Program-made: the position numbers and the translations under genes
Part shown: piece after piece, positions 20,850-31,873 of the stretch
Numbering within the stretch: the first letter of the stretch is position 1
Layout of the letters: every line of letters starts with the position of its first letter
NCBI GenBank assembly: GCA_965248835.1
Contig: CBDFLJ010000001.1
Coordinates: 1,664,001 to 1,728,000, forward strand
Direction: 5' to 3'
DNA from: Alphaproteobacteria bacterium
Lineage (GTDB): Bacteria > Pseudomonadota > Alphaproteobacteria > MPNO01
Length of the DNA: 64,000 bases
Notes under the pieces: model-generated
What the model saw: only the letters and a program-made list of their open reading frames with translations
Told to the model about the DNA's origin: nothing
Databases searched by the model: none

Positions 20850-21413
20850 TTACATGAAGCGGCCGGTCACGGCGTTCAGCACGACGCTGATCATCAGATT
20901 GAGGCCCACGATGACGGCCGCCGTCATACCGCTGACAGCCAAGGCGGTGCGGGCGACGAACCACTGATAAAACAGGATCGCCAAGGAGGCGCCGACGACC
21001 AGCACCATGCCCACGCCGGCCCCGAAAACGCCGCTCGCCAGGATCATCGCGCCCAGAAAGACCGCAATCTGGATGACAGCCGACCAGTTGTGGGCGGTGA
21101 TGTATAGCAGGTAGCGGTCGAAGCATCCGATACGGTCGCAGACATAGACCATCGCCAGTGGGAAGGCGATCCAATTGATGGTGTAGGCGATCGCCTCCAC
21201 CAGGATGATCTGCATCAGCCCGGCCTCGGTCTCGATCGCCGAAAGCCTGATCGCAGCGATGACCGCATAGGCCGGGGCCAGGATCACGGCGGCCTGGAAG
21301 GACTGCCAATAAGCTTCGACGGTGTCGTCGAATTGCTTCAGCCCGTCGGCATCCATCAACGCCAGCCGCCATGCGCCGTAAGCGGCGCGGGAGAATTCGG
21401 CGAGGCTCAACAT
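20850..21413 (-). CDS. Hypothetical membrane protein
   Basis: 187 aa with about five hydrophobic segments; directly downstream of dapE on the same strand. Confidence 0.75.
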   Translation of the reverse strand: MLSLAEFSRAAYGAWRLALMDADGLKQFDDTVEAYWQSFQAAVILAPAYAVIAAIRLSAIETEAGLMQIILVEAIAYTINWIAFPLAMVYVCDRIGCFDRYLLYITAHNWSAVIQIAVFLGAMILASGVFGAGVGMVLVVGASLAILFYQWFVARTALAVSGMTAAVIVGLNLMISVVLNAVTGRFM

Positions 21414-21423
21414 CGGCTTGCCC

Positions 21424-22578
21424 TCAGCCTCCGAAATAGTCTTCGATCACCGCCTGGTAAATCTCGCTCAGCGCCGCGAGATCGGCAAGGCTCACGCGCT
21501 CGTCGATCTTGTGCATGGTCTGGCTGATCAACCCGAACTCTGCGACCTGGCAGTAATCCTTGATGAACCGCGCGTCCGATGTCCCACCGGTGGTGCTCAG
21601 CGCCGGCGTCATGCCGGTCTTGGCCTCGACCGCGCGGACCAGCAGGTCGCTGAACGGTCCGGGTGGCGTCAGGAACGATTCACCGCTCACATGGGTGTCG
21701 AGCGTGACCTCGCCGCCGATCTCCGCCAGGCGCTCCTCGACCCAGGCGATCAGGGACGCGCTGGTGTGGCGATCGTTGAAGCGGATGTTGAAGGCGGCGC
21801 GCGCGGCGCCCGGGATGACGTTGGTCGCTGCGTTGCCGACATCGATCGTGGTCAGTTGCAGGTCGGTCGGCTGGAAATGCTCGGTCCCCTCATCCAGCGC
21901 CGCGCCGCTCAGCGCGGCGAGCATGCGGACAAGGCGCGGCAGCGGGTTGTCGGCCAGATGCGGGTAGGCGGTGTGGCCCTGGACTCCGGGGACGGTGATC
22001 CAGCCCGACAGGCTGCCGCGCCGGCCGATCTTGATCATCTCGCCCAGCCGGGTCGGGTTGGTCGGCTCGCCCACCAGGCAGGCATCGGGCGTCTCGCCTC
22101 GCTCGGCCACCCAATCGAGCACCTTGGTGGTGCCGTTGATCGCCGGCCCCTCCTCGTCGCCGGTGATCAACAGGCTGATCGAGCCGGCGAACCCTTCGCC
22201 CGTGGCCGCGAGAAAACGCGAGACCGCACCGACGAAGGCCGCGACCGCACCCTTCATGTCGGTCGCGCCGCGGCCGTAGAGCACGCCGTCATGAATCTCC
22301 GCGCCGAACGGATCAACCGTCCAAGAGGTGAGATCGCCGACCGGAACGACATCGGTGTGGCCGGCGAAGCAGAAATGGGGCGCGCCCTCGCCGAGGCGCG
22401 CATAGAGGTTCTGGACGTCCTGCGTGCCCGGCTCGGAGAAGGTCAGCTTGTGGCACCGAAAGCCCAGCCTGTCGAGCGCCTCGGCCAGGGTGCCGAGCGA
22501 GCCGCCGTCCTCGGGCGTGACGCTCGGGCAGCGCATCAGCGCTCGGGCAAGCTCCAGGGGCTCGACGATCCCGCTCAA
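21424..22578 (-). CDS. dapE: Succinyl-diaminopimelate desuccinylase
   Basis: [45 protein letters not shown]; TTG start overlaps the dapD stop. Confidence 0.95.
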   Translation of the reverse strand: MSGIVEPLELARALMRCPSVTPEDGGSLGTLAEALDRLGFRCHKLTFSEPGTQDVQNLYARLGEGAPHFCFAGHTDVVPVGDLTSWTVDPFGAEIHDGVLYGRGATDMKGAVAAFVGAVSRFLAATGEGFAGSISLLITGDEEGPAINGTTKVLDWVAERGETPDACLVGEPTNPTRLGEMIKIGRRGSLSGWITVPGVQGHTAYPHLADNPLPRLVRMLAALSGAALDEGTEHFQPTDLQLTTIDVGNAATNVIPGAARAAFNIRFNDRHTSASLIAWVEERLAEIGGEVTLDTHVSGESFLTPPGPFSDLLVRAVEAKTGMTPALSTTGGTSDARFIKDYCQVAEFGLISQTMHKIDERVSLADLAALSEIYQAVIEDYFGG

Positions 22579-23432
22579 TCGCGCAGCAGCTCGTTGATCG
22601 AGGTCTTCGCCCGGGTGCCTTCGTCGACCTGCTTGACGATGACTGCGCAATACAGGCCCGGTCCCGGCGTGCCGTCGGCCAACGCCTTGCCGGGCAGCGC
22701 GCCGGGCACGACCACCGAATAGGCCGGCACGCGGCCGAAATGGACCTCGCCGGTCGCCCGGTCGACGATCTTGGTCGAGGCGCCGATGAAAACCCCCATC
22801 GACAGCACCGCGCCGCGCTCGACCAGCACGCCCTCGGCGATCTCCGAGCGGGCGCCGATGAAGCAGTCGTCCTCGATGATCACCGGATCGGCCTGGAGCG
22901 GCTCGAGCACGCCGCCGATCCCCGCGCCGCCCGAGATATGGCAGTTGCGCCCGATCTGCGCACACGACCCGACGGTGGCCCAGGTGTCGATCATCGTCCC
23001 GCCTTCGATACGGGCGCCCAGGTTGACGAAGCTCGGCATCAGAACGACGCCGGGCGCAATATAGGCCGACCGCCGGACGACGCAGTTGGGCACCGCGCGG
23101 AATCCCGCATCGCGGAAGCGCGCTTCGTCCCAACCGGCGAATTTGGGCGCGACCTTGTCGAACCAGGGCGCCTCGCCGCGCACCGGATCGACCGGCCCGC
23201 CGGACATCGGCGCCATGTCGTAGAGCCGGAAGGACAGAAGGACCGCCTTCTTGAGCCATTGGTTGACCCGCCAGACCTCGCCGTTCTTCTCGGCGACGCG
23301 AAACGTGCCGGCATCGAGCCCGTCGAGCGCGGTTTCGATCGCCGCACGGGTGCTCCCGCCGGTCCCGGGCGAGATCTGCTCCCTGTCCTCCCAGGCGGCA
23401 TCGATCGTCGATTGCAGATCTTGGTCGGTCAT
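22575..23432 (-). CDS. dapD: Tetrahydrodipicolinate N-succinyltransferase
   Basis: [48 protein letters not shown]. Confidence 0.97.
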   Translation of the reverse strand: MTDQDLQSTIDAAWEDREQISPGTGGSTRAAIETALDGLDAGTFRVAEKNGEVWRVNQWLKKAVLLSFRLYDMAPMSGGPVDPVRGEAPWFDKVAPKFAGWDEARFRDAGFRAVPNCVVRRSAYIAPGVVLMPSFVNLGARIEGGTMIDTWATVGSCAQIGRNCHISGGAGIGGVLEPLQADPVIIEDDCFIGARSEIAEGVLVERGAVLSMGVFIGASTKIVDRATGEVHFGRVPAYSVVVPGALPGKALADGTPGPGLYCAVIVKQVDEGTRAKTSINELLRD

Positions 23433-23492
23433 GACGGGCGGGGCCTCGATGGCGGGGAGCGGCGATGAAAATCCTCCCGCGGCGGCGCCGTG

Positions 23493-24185
23493 TCAACCTG
23501 GCGCGATCACGCCGTTGAGCCAGCCGGCAAGGTCCTCTGTCGCGTGGTGGATGTGGTCCCCGGGCGCCACGTCGCGGGCCCACGCGGCATCGGTGCGCCG
23601 CCAGACGGTGGTCATTCCCAGCGCCGCGGCCGGCTCCAGGTTGTGCGGGATGTCATCCAGCATCACCGTGCGGGCAGGATCGAAGCCGTAGAGGGCGCAC
23701 AGGTCGCGGTAGGTCTCGATGTGCGGCTTGGGCCGGTAGTCCATCGCCGCGATATCGTGGACCGCCTCGAAATATTCGCCCATCGACAGGTGGTCGAGGA
23801 CCGCCCGCGCGTGGCTGGCGAAGGCGTTGGTGAAAATCACCTTGCGGCCGTCGATCGCGGCCAGCGCGTCGCACAAGCCCTCGGTCGGGCGGATCTCGGT
23901 GATGTCGAGACCCGCCATCTGCCGCTCGTAGTCCGCCGGGTCGAGTCCGTGATTGACCATCAGCCCGCGCAGGGTCAGCCCGAACTGGCGGAAATAGGAC
24001 TTCTGGATGCGGCGGGCCTCGGCCGCATCGACCCCCAGGAAATCGGCGACGAAGGCACCCATGCGGCGATCGATCTCGGCATGCATCAACGGCGGGACGT
24101 CGTAGAGCGTGTTGTCCAGGTCGAAGACCCAGAAATCGATCGCGCCGAGGTCGGCGCCCCGGCGCTGGTCATCGAACCCGTTCAT
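23493..24185 (-). CDS. HAD-family pyrimidine 5'-nucleotidase
   Basis: [19 protein letters not shown]...NL; usual neighbour of dapD in Alphaproteobacteria. Confidence 0.85.
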   Translation of the reverse strand: MNGFDDQRRGADLGAIDFWVFDLDNTLYDVPPLMHAEIDRRMGAFVADFLGVDAAEARRIQKSYFRQFGLTLRGLMVNHGLDPADYERQMAGLDITEIRPTEGLCDALAAIDGRKVIFTNAFASHARAVLDHLSMGEYFEAVHDIAAMDYRPKPHIETYRDLCALYGFDPARTVMLDDIPHNLEPAAALGMTTVWRRTDAAWARDVAPGDHIHHATEDLAGWLNGVIAPG

Positions 24186-24263
24186 GGGTCGCTATGTGGC
24201 CCAAGGCGCGCGCGCAGGCAAGAGCCCGCGCGCCGGGCCCATCCGATCTGTTCGGAACATGCG

Positions 24264-25109
24264 CTAGACACCCGGGCAGGTGGAGGTCACGCCGCCATCG
24301 ACCACCAGGGTCTGCGCGGTGACGTAGGATGCCTCGTCCGAAGCGAGATAGAGCGAGGCGTAGGCGACATCCCAGGCGGTGCCCATGCGGCCAATGGGCA
24401 CGATCGCATCCCGCGCCCTGCCGTATTCCTCCGCCGAGCTGTAGCCCTTGTAGGCGTATGACGGCTTGCCCTTGATGTCGCGGCGGGTGAACGGCGTGTC
24501 GATATAGCCCGGCAGGACACAGTTCGCACGGATCTTTTTCGATGCGTATTGCAGCGCGATGTTGCGGGTCAGCTCGTTGAGCGCACCTTTGCCGGTGGCA
24601 TAGGTGGTCATCGGCACGTTCAGGTGCCTGATCCCGCCGATCGAGGAGATGTTGACGATCGCCCCGCCGCCCTGGTCGGCCATGATCGGCACGATCGCCT
24701 TGCAGGTCAGGAACGCCGAGGTGACGTTGATGTCGAAGGTCTCGTACCAGTCCTCCTCGGTGACGGTATCGAGCGCCCGGCCGGGTCCGACGCCGCCGAC
24801 ATTGTTGTGCAGGACATCGATGCGGCCGCAGGCGGCGATGCAGGCCGCGACCATCGCGTCGACCTCGGCGGGCTTTGTGACGTCGGCCGCATGGGCCGCC
24901 GCCCAGCCGCCTTCGGCCTGGATGATGCCTGCCGTATCCTCGGCCGCCTCGATGTTGATGTCGACCGCGAACACCTTCGCGCCCTGGCGGCCATAGACCA
25001 CCGCCGTCGCCTTGCCGTTCCCCCAGCCCGGCCCCACCGAGCCGGCGCCGGTCACCAACGCGACCTTGCCCGCCAGCCGGTCACCCCGTTTCACCGCTTC
25101 GGACATCAC
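24264..25109 (-). CDS. SDR family oxidoreductase
   Basis: VTGAGS.G.G.GNG, NNVGG, NISS, YATGK, VDGG. Confidence 0.92.
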   Translation of the reverse strand: MMSEAVKRGDRLAGKVALVTGAGSVGPGWGNGKATAVVYGRQGAKVFAVDINIEAAEDTAGIIQAEGGWAAAHAADVTKPAEVDAMVAACIAACGRIDVLHNNVGGVGPGRALDTVTEEDWYETFDINVTSAFLTCKAIVPIMADQGGGAIVNISSIGGIRHLNVPMTTYATGKGALNELTRNIALQYASKKIRANCVLPGYIDTPFTRRDIKGKPSYAYKGYSSAEEYGRARDAIVPIGRMGTAWDVAYASLYLASDEASYVTAQTLVVDGGVTSTCPGV

Positions 25110-25128
25110 GCCCTCCCCATCATTGACT

Positions 25129-27378
25129 TCATTCGGCCGCGTGCCGGGCCGCGCTCTCCGGCCCGACCGGTGCCAGCGCCGTGTCGCGCAACGGCGGGTC
25201 GCCGGCTATGCGGACCTCGACCGCGAACAGATGGGCGCAGGACGGGCACAGGTATTCGCGGACCGTGATCTCGTCGATGAGGCCGAACCGGTTCCACGGG
25301 CTCAAGCTTTCCATCGGCACCGTGCGGACCAGCCCGCCGGTCTTGGGGTCCGAGGCGATGGGGGCGATAGGGTGGCTGCATTCGCGGCAGGTGTGCCAGG
25401 ACACACCGGCGATGGGAACGACGTCGAGCGCATCGGCGATCCGGGCGAGCACGGGTCCGCGCGGCCCCTCGGCGCGGGCCGCAGCCGCCGGGGTCTCGGC
25501 GGGAAACATCGTGGCAAAGGGGCGTGCCTCGGCCAGCCGCGCTGCGCGGATCGCCGCCCGCGCGGCCTCGGTGGCCGGCGCATCGACCGCCTGGCCGTCC
25601 GCGCCGAGCACCACGCCGTAGACCGCCTGGGCGACTTCTGGCGAGCACAGGCGGGCGGCGACGTCGCGCCGGACGGCCTCTGCCGGGCGCAGCAGCGCAT
25701 CGCCGTAGCCGCCCCCGCCGGCGCACGACATGATCACCGCATCGCCGGGGTCGAGAACGGTGCGGGCCTTGGCTTCCATGACCACCAGCTCGCGGCAGTC
25801 GGAATCGTCCAGACCGCTCGAAATCTCCGCGCGATCGAACCGGACCCTTACATCGGCGCCGCGCAGCAGCAGCCTGACATGGATACAGGACGGGTGGCCC
25901 CCGTAGAGGCCCTGGGCCTCCGGCTGACTGGCGCCGTGGGTGAGCACGGTCAGATCGATCGGCCCCCGGCTGCGGTGCGGCACGATCATCGCCTCGGTAC
26001 CGACGCCGCCGCGATAGCGCCCCGGCCCGCCGGTATCGCAGGACTGGCGGCGGTAGACATAGAGGATCGGATATTCCTTCTCGTAGGTCTCGACGTTGGC
26101 GATCCCCATTGCGGGCGTCCCGGGCAGCCCGCCGGTATCCGGGCCGTCCTTCCACGCCCGCCCGCCGCCGCCGCCGCCCTGGTCGAGCAGCACCGCCGTG
26201 AACGGTCTGCCGTCCTCATGCCGGCCGGCCAGAGTGCAGCCCTGCCAGGAGGGCGACCAGTTGGCCTGGGCCTCGGTCGGGCCGAGGTCCGAGCATGCCA
26301 GCATCTTGCCGATCGTCTGGGAGGCGACGTGGCTGGTCGCGAACGTCGCCGAGACGGTCGCCATCGAGACCCCGGCCGGGTGGGTCGCGTTGTTGATCGT
26401 GCCCTCCTCGGAGACGAACTCGATCATCGGCATCAGGGCGCCGGGCGACCACGGCATGTCGTAGCACAACATCGGCAGGATGGCGGAAACGGTGCCGCTC
26501 TCCAGCCCCACCCGGGTGCAGTTGATCGCACCGCGCGCCTGCGCAGCGGTGCCGGTGTAATCGAACCGCAGGTGATCGCCGGCCTTGGTCATCTCCAGGC
26601 ACACCCGGTAGATCCGGTTCTCGTTGCCGTCATGGTCGAGGAAGCCCTCGGCCGACCAGGTCCCGTCCGGCAGTCCACGCAGCCGGCGTCCGAAGGAGGC
26701 GCGGACCGTCGCCAGCAGCTCGTCCTGGACCGCCATGAAGGTCTCGATGCCGTGATCGGCGATCATCTCCGCGATGCGCTCGCGCGTCCGGTTGATGGCC
26801 GCGACCCGCGCCCGCAGGTTCAGGCCGTTGACCGCCGAGGTGCGCGAGTTGCGGATCACCCAGGCCTCCAGGTCCTCGCGGATGCGGCCGCGCTCGATCA
26901 TCTTGAAGATCGGGATCAGCGGCCCCTCGCCGAAGACATCCGGTGTGCCGACGGTGAAGCTGCCCGGATTCGGTCCGCCGACATCGGTCTCGTGCATGGC
27001 AAGGCCGGTCCAGCAGACCAGCCTGTCGTGCGAGAAGATCGGCGCGACCATCAGGATGTCGTTCATGTGGGCGGCACCGCACCACGGATCGTTGGTGACG
27101 AAGGCATCGCCGTCTTCGATCCCGACGGTCTCGGCCAACCGCTCGATGACCGCCTTGACCGCGAAGTTCAGGCAGAGCGACAGCCGGGTGGTGTAGATCC
27201 CGACATAGAGGCTGTCGCCTTCGGGCGTCAGCAGCGAGGTGTTGAAGTCCTTCGCCTCGTAGACCGCCGGCGAGCCCGAGACCTGGGCCGCGACCCGTCC
27301 CTGTTCGTCGTTGATCATCCACAGCCGGTGGCGCAGCACCTCGAAGGTGATCGGGTCGAGGTCGTGCGTGCTCTTCAT
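25129..27378 (-). CDS. Hydantoinase B/oxoprolinase subunit with C-terminal acetone-carboxylase gamma-like Zn domain
   Basis: DPITFEV, NDPW...HMND, H.TDVGG, GGPGRYRGG, GGGGYGD, then CREC...REYLCPSC...AVE. Confidence 0.87.
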   Translation of the reverse strand: MKSTHDLDPITFEVLRHRLWMINDEQGRVAAQVSGSPAVYEAKDFNTSLLTPEGDSLYVGIYTTRLSLCLNFAVKAVIERLAETVGIEDGDAFVTNDPWCGAAHMNDILMVAPIFSHDRLVCWTGLAMHETDVGGPNPGSFTVGTPDVFGEGPLIPIFKMIERGRIREDLEAWVIRNSRTSAVNGLNLRARVAAINRTRERIAEMIADHGIETFMAVQDELLATVRASFGRRLRGLPDGTWSAEGFLDHDGNENRIYRVCLEMTKAGDHLRFDYTGTAAQARGAINCTRVGLESGTVSAILPMLCYDMPWSPGALMPMIEFVSEEGTINNATHPAGVSMATVSATFATSHVASQTIGKMLACSDLGPTEAQANWSPSWQGCTLAGRHEDGRPFTAVLLDQGGGGGGRAWKDGPDTGGLPGTPAMGIANVETYEKEYPILYVYRRQSCDTGGPGRYRGGVGTEAMIVPHRSRGPIDLTVLTHGASQPEAQGLYGGHPSCIHVRLLLRGADVRVRFDRAEISSGLDDSDCRELVVMEAKARTVLDPGDAVIMSCAGGGGYGDALLRPAEAVRRDVAARLCSPEVAQAVYGVVLGADGQAVDAPATEAARAAIRAARLAEARPFATMFPAETPAAAARAEGPRGPVLARIADALDVVPIAGVSWHTCRECSHPIAPIASDPKTGGLVRTVPMESLSPWNRFGLIDEITVREYLCPSCAHLFAVEVRIAGDPPLRDTALAPVGPESAARHAAE

Positions 27379-29486
27379 GATCGATGATCTCCCGGGTCGA
27401 CATCGATGACCACGTTGCCGAAGCCGTCCACCCGCGCCGCGGCGAAGGACGGCAGAACGATTGTATCACCCATGCGTTCGATCACGACCGGCCCGTCGAA
27501 GGTCATGCCGGGCACCAGGGCCGCGCCGTCATAGACCGCCGCCTCGACCATCGCGCCGGTCTCGGGAAAGAAGACCTGCCGGCTTGTCTTGCGTGCGGCT
27601 TCTCGATCGGCCCGCGGGTCGGGCGCGCGTTCGGCCAGCGCGGGGACCACGGAATCAGCCAGGCCGTCGAGCCGGCATTTGACGATCTCGATTCCCGCGG
27701 CGCGGTAGCCGGCATTGGGGCCGTAGAGATCGCCGTATCTGGCTTCGAAGGCTTCGATCAGCGCATCCTGTGACAGCCCGGCATGCACCGGGACGGACAG
27801 CGAGGTCGGCTGCAGGCGGTACTTCATGTAGATCGAGCGCTCGAAGCGCCGATCGGCCGGGGCGATGCCCTCGCGGTCGAACAGCCGGCCGAGCCGTTCC
27901 GCCATCCCGCGATAGATTTCCTCGAGCCCGGCCCAGGCCACCGCCGACAGCGGGAAGACGCCGGGGAAGGACGCCTCCTCGCTGTGCAGCAGCCCCCCGG
28001 TGAGCATGCCGAGCGCCGAGAACACCGAAGCGAAGGAGGGCACGTAGACCGTGCCGATGCGAAGCTCGCGCGCAAGGTAGGCGATATGCATCGCCGCCGC
28101 CCCGCCATAGGCGAACAGCACGAAATCGCGCGGGTCGCGGCCGCGGTCGATCGACACCCGGCGCATCAGATCGGCCATGTGCGCGTTGACGATGCGGAAG
28201 GCGCCCGCGGCGACCGCGATCCGGTCGATCCCGAGTACCGCAGCGAGCGCGTCGGCGGCCTGGTCGGCCGCCGCCCGGTCGAGCGCCATGCGTCCGCCCA
28301 GCAAGCCCGCCGGCTCCAGGAATCCCAGAATCAGATCGATGTCGGTGACTGTGGCGCGCGTCCCGCGGAGGCCGTAGCAGGCAGGTCCCGGATCGGCGCC
28401 GGCGCTGTCCGGCCCGACCCGCAACAGGCCGTTGTCGTCGCACCACACGATGCTGCCGCCGCCGGCCCCGACCGAACTGACCGCGACTTTGGGCAGCAGA
28501 TAGGCGTATTTGTCGATCACCGGCTGCTCGTCCAGCACCGTCCGGCCGCCTTCGATCATCGCGACATCGAAGGTCGTGCCCCCCATGTCGGCGCACAGGA
28601 TGTTGGCTTCGCCATAGGCCTGACCCATGAACCGGGCGCCCAACACCCCGCTCACCGGGCCGGAATCGAGCATCAGCAGTGGGCGCAGCCGCATCTCGTC
28701 CATGGTGGTCAGCCCGCCCATCGAATGGGCGAGCAGCAACGGTGCGCGATAGCCGTCCTCGGCAAGCCGGCCGGCAAGCGCCTCGAGATAGCCGACCACG
28801 CGCGGGCCGACATAGGCGTTGGCCACGGTGGTCACGGAGCGCTCGTACTCGCCCAGCACCGGCGCCAGATCGGCCGAGATGCACACGAACAGATCCGGAT
28901 GGTCGCGGGCGATGCGGGCGGCGAGCCCGCGCTCGTGGGAATCGTTGAGGAACGACCACAGGAAGCAGATGGCGATCGCCTCGGCGCCCCGGCTCAGCAA
29001 TGTCTCGGCCGCGCGCAGCGCCTCGTCCTCGTCCATGGCGACCACCACGTCGCCGTGGCTGTCGATGCGCTCGTCGACGCCATGGATCAGCCGCCGGTCG
29101 ATGATCGGCGGCTCGGCCTTGTCGAGATGGGCCTGATGGATCATCTCGCGCTCGGACTGTCCGGCGACCTTCTGCATCACCTTGCCGATCGCGATCGCGT
29201 CCTCATGGCCCTTGGTGGTGATCAAACCCGTGGCGGCGCCGTTGCGCTCGACGACCGCGTTGGTGGCAATGGTGCAGCCGTGGATGAAATGGCGGCATCC
29301 GGCGAGCAGCGCGCCGGCGTCCAGTCCCAGATTGGAAGCCGCGGCGGCCACCGCGTCGAGCACGCCCCGGGCCGGGTCCTCCCGGGTGCTGGGCGCCTTG
29401 GCGATGGTCGCGATCCGCCCTTGGGCGTCGATCACCGCGCAATCGGTGAATGTCCCGCCGATGTCGATGCCGATATAGCTTTGCAT
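27375..29486 (-). CDS. Hydantoinase A/oxoprolinase ATP-binding subunit
   Basis: GIDIGGTFTD, SGPVSG, DMGGTTFD, GAGGGS, SAGADPGPACY, AYGGA. Confidence 0.92.
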   Translation of the reverse strand: MQSYIGIDIGGTFTDCAVIDAQGRIATIAKAPSTREDPARGVLDAVAAAASNLGLDAGALLAGCRHFIHGCTIATNAVVERNGAATGLITTKGHEDAIAIGKVMQKVAGQSEREMIHQAHLDKAEPPIIDRRLIHGVDERIDSHGDVVVAMDEDEALRAAETLLSRGAEAIAICFLWSFLNDSHERGLAARIARDHPDLFVCISADLAPVLGEYERSVTTVANAYVGPRVVGYLEALAGRLAEDGYRAPLLLAHSMGGLTTMDEMRLRPLLMLDSGPVSGVLGARFMGQAYGEANILCADMGGTTFDVAMIEGGRTVLDEQPVIDKYAYLLPKVAVSSVGAGGGSIVWCDDNGLLRVGPDSAGADPGPACYGLRGTRATVTDIDLILGFLEPAGLLGGRMALDRAAADQAADALAAVLGIDRIAVAAGAFRIVNAHMADLMRRVSIDRGRDPRDFVLFAYGGAAAMHIAYLARELRIGTVYVPSFASVFSALGMLTGGLLHSEEASFPGVFPLSAVAWAGLEEIYRGMAERLGRLFDREGIAPADRRFERSIYMKYRLQPTSLSVPVHAGLSQDALIEAFEARYGDLYGPNAGYRAAGIEIVKCRLDGLADSVVPALAERAPDPRADREAARKTSRQVFFPETGAMVEAAVYDGAALVPGMTFDGPVVIERMGDTIVLPSFAAARVDGFGNVVIDVDPGDHRS

Positions 29487-29628
29487 CGCTCCGCCATCCG
29501 AACCCATGCAGGACGGCCTCCGGGACCCGCTGCCGCGCTCGCCTCTGGACCGCCCAATCCTGACCTGCGCATCTTCTCACGGGCACGCAGCGCCCGCCAG
29601 CTATGCCAAGCCTGAAAGGAGCCGGGGG

Positions 29629-30036
29629 ATGAAGATCGACGGCGGATGCCATTGCGGCGAGATCACCTATGAGGCGGAGATCGATCCGGAGCAGGTCTCG
29701 GTGTGCCATTGCACCGACTGCCAGACGCTCGGTGGATCCGCGTTCCGCGTCGGCGCCGTGGCGGTGGACGGTACGCTCAGGTTCCTGAGCGGGCAGCCCA
29801 GGACCTACGTCAAGATCGCCCAGAGCGGCACGCCGCGCGAGCAGGCGTTCTGCGCCAACTGCGGCGGCCAGATCTATTCCAGCACGGCCGGCGATGAAGA
29901 GCCCAAGTCCTACCGCCTGCGCGTCGGCTCGATCCGCCAGCGCGACCAACTCACCCCGAAGGTGCAGATCTGGCGCCGGTCGGCCCAGAGTTGGGTCGAC
30001 GATATCGCCGCCATCCGGGCGATCGAGAACCAGTAG
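29629..30036 (+). CDS. GFA (glutathione-dependent formaldehyde-activating/CENP-V) family protein
   Basis: GGCHCG, CHCTDCQ, FCANCG; AAGGAG RBS. Confidence 0.9.
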   Translation: MKIDGGCHCGEITYEAEIDPEQVSVCHCTDCQTLGGSAFRVGAVAVDGTLRFLSGQPRTYVKIAQSGTPREQAFCANCGGQIYSSTAGDEEPKSYRLRVGSIRQRDQLTPKVQIWRRSAQSWVDDIAAIRAIENQ

Positions 30037-30054
30037 CGGCCGCGCACGTCCTCC

Positions 30055-31425
30055 ATGGCCGTTCGCTCGATCCTCGCGGCACTGGCGGTCGCCGCGGGGG
30101 CGATCGTCTATTTCCTGCCCGCGCCGGACGCATCGCCCGCGATCTGGCATACGGCCGGCGTGCTGATCGTCGCGCTGGGGCTGTGGGCGACGCAGGCGCT
30201 GCCGGAATATTTTGCGACCATCATCTTCTTCCTCCTGGCGGTGACCGTCGGGGGAAACCCGGCCGAGGTGGTGTTTTCCGGCTTCCACTCCGCCGGTGCC
30301 TGGATGATCTTCGGCGGGCTGATCATCGGCTATGGCGTCCAGACGACGGGGCTGGGCGAGCGGATCGCCGCCCGACTCATGCGGCGGCTGGCGCGGAGCT
30401 ATCTGGGCATCCTCGCCACCACCGTCGGCATCGCGGCGGTGATCGGTTTCCTGATCCCCTCCAATACCGGCCGGATCGTGGTTCTGGTGCCGATCTTCAT
30501 GGCGCTTGCCGACCGGTTCGGCTTCGCACCCGGCAGCAACGGCCGCGCCGCGCTGGTGCTCGCGGTCGGCGCCGGCGCGGTCTATCCGAGCTTCGCGATC
30601 CTGCCGGCGGCGGTGCCGAACCTGGTCATGGCCGGCGCCGCCGAGAACATCCACGGCATCACCTTCACCTGGGCCGATTATTTCATCACCCTCTACCCGG
30701 TGATCGGCGTCGTCTCGGTGATCGCCTTGCCGCTCCTCCTGCGCCTCATTCTGCCCGACCGGCCCGGGGCGCCCCCCGACCCGGAGGTGCCGGCACCGCC
30801 GAGCCGCGGCGAGGTGACGGTCGCGGTCGTCCTCGCGCTAGCCCTGGTGCTGTGGATCACCGACTTCGCGCACGGCATCCAGCCGGCGTGGGTGGCGGTG
30901 GGCGCCGCGGTCCTGCTCCTGATGCCGCGGGTTGGCGTTGCCGCGCCCGAGACCATGGTCACCAGGATCAACTTCGCGCCATGGATCTTCGTTGCCGGCG
31001 TCATCGGCGCCGGTGCCGTGCTCAACCATTCCGGGCTCGGCTCCCGGCTTGCCGCGGCTTTGTTCGAAACCGTCACGCCGCGCCCCGGCCAGGATGCGCT
31101 GAACCTCGTCATCGTCGCCGCGATCGGCACCGTCATGGGGCTGGTGGCGACCATCCCCGGCCAGCCCGCGATCATGACCAGCCTCGCACCGGAGATCGCC
31201 CAGGCGACCGGCTGGCCGCTGGCTACCGCCGTCCAGGTCCAGGTGGTCACCTGGGTGATGACAATCTTTCCCTACCAGCTCCCGCCGATGATCCTCGCCA
31301 TGCAGCTTGCCGGCGTCCGGGCCGGCCACCTGATCCGCCTGCAGGCGGCGATGCTGGTCATCGCCTGGGTCGTCATGCTGCCGCTGCTCTATCTGTGGTG
31401 GACCGTGATCGGCAAGTTCGGCTGA
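30055..31425 (+). CDS. SLC13/DASS family permease
   Basis: Many transmembrane segments; LWAT..LPE, FLIPSNTGR, VPN, FPYQ.PP. Confidence 0.82.
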   Translation: MAVRSILAALAVAAGAIVYFLPAPDASPAIWHTAGVLIVALGLWATQALPEYFATIIFFLLAVTVGGNPAEVVFSGFHSAGAWMIFGGLIIGYGVQTTGLGERIAARLMRRLARSYLGILATTVGIAAVIGFLIPSNTGRIVVLVPIFMALADRFGFAPGSNGRAALVLAVGAGAVYPSFAILPAAVPNLVMAGAAENIHGITFTWADYFITLYPVIGVVSVIALPLLLRLILPDRPGAPPDPEVPAPPSRGEVTVAVVLALALVLWITDFAHGIQPAWVAVGAAVLLLMPRVGVAAPETMVTRINFAPWIFVAGVIGAGAVLNHSGLGSRLAAALFETVTPRPGQDALNLVIVAAIGTVMGLVATIPGQPAIMTSLAPEIAQATGWPLATAVQVQVVTWVMTIFPYQLPPMILAMQLAGVRAGHLIRLQAAMLVIAWVVMLPLLYLWWTVIGKFG

Positions 31426-31460
31426 GCGGGCGCAGCGCGCATTGGGCCGGACCGCCCGGA

Positions 31461-31838
31461 TCAGTCCGCGGCGAAGTCGGGCTCCTGGTATTCGACCAGG
31501 TGCCGGTAGTCGTCGCGGATCGGCGCGAAGACGTCGAGGTTGAGCGCCGGCTCATCGCCCAGCGGCTCGGCCCAATGCTCGACCCCTGGCGGGATACGCA
31601 GCCAGCTCCCCGGCCCGGCCTCGAAGATCTCCTCGCCGACGTGGAAGCGCGCCCGGCCCTGGACGATGCACACAAGCTGCTCGAAGGGATGGCTGTGCGG
31701 GTTGACGTCCATCCCCGGTTGCAGCCAGTTCATCACCATCAACACGTCTTCGCCGCGGAAGCCGCAGCGCTCGACACCCTTGCGCACCGCCTCGCGCGGC
31801 AGGTCGTTCCAGTTGTAGAGCTTTGCCTTCTGAGTCAT
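31461..31838 (-). CDS. Cupin domain protein
   Basis: PHSHPFEQ and IPPGVEH metal-binding motifs. Confidence 0.9.
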   Translation of the reverse strand: MTQKAKLYNWNDLPREAVRKGVERCGFRGEDVLMVMNWLQPGMDVNPHSHPFEQLVCIVQGRARFHVGEEIFEAGPGSWLRIPPGVEHWAEPLGDEPALNLDVFAPIRDDYRHLVEYQEPDFAAD

Positions 31839-31873
31839 CGCCGCCTCCGGTTGTGTCGGGACTTGGGAAATCT

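Noticed and set aside
21424-23583. 719-aa DapE fusion
   Set aside because: The N-terminal part is an alternate frame of dapD in high-GC DNA.
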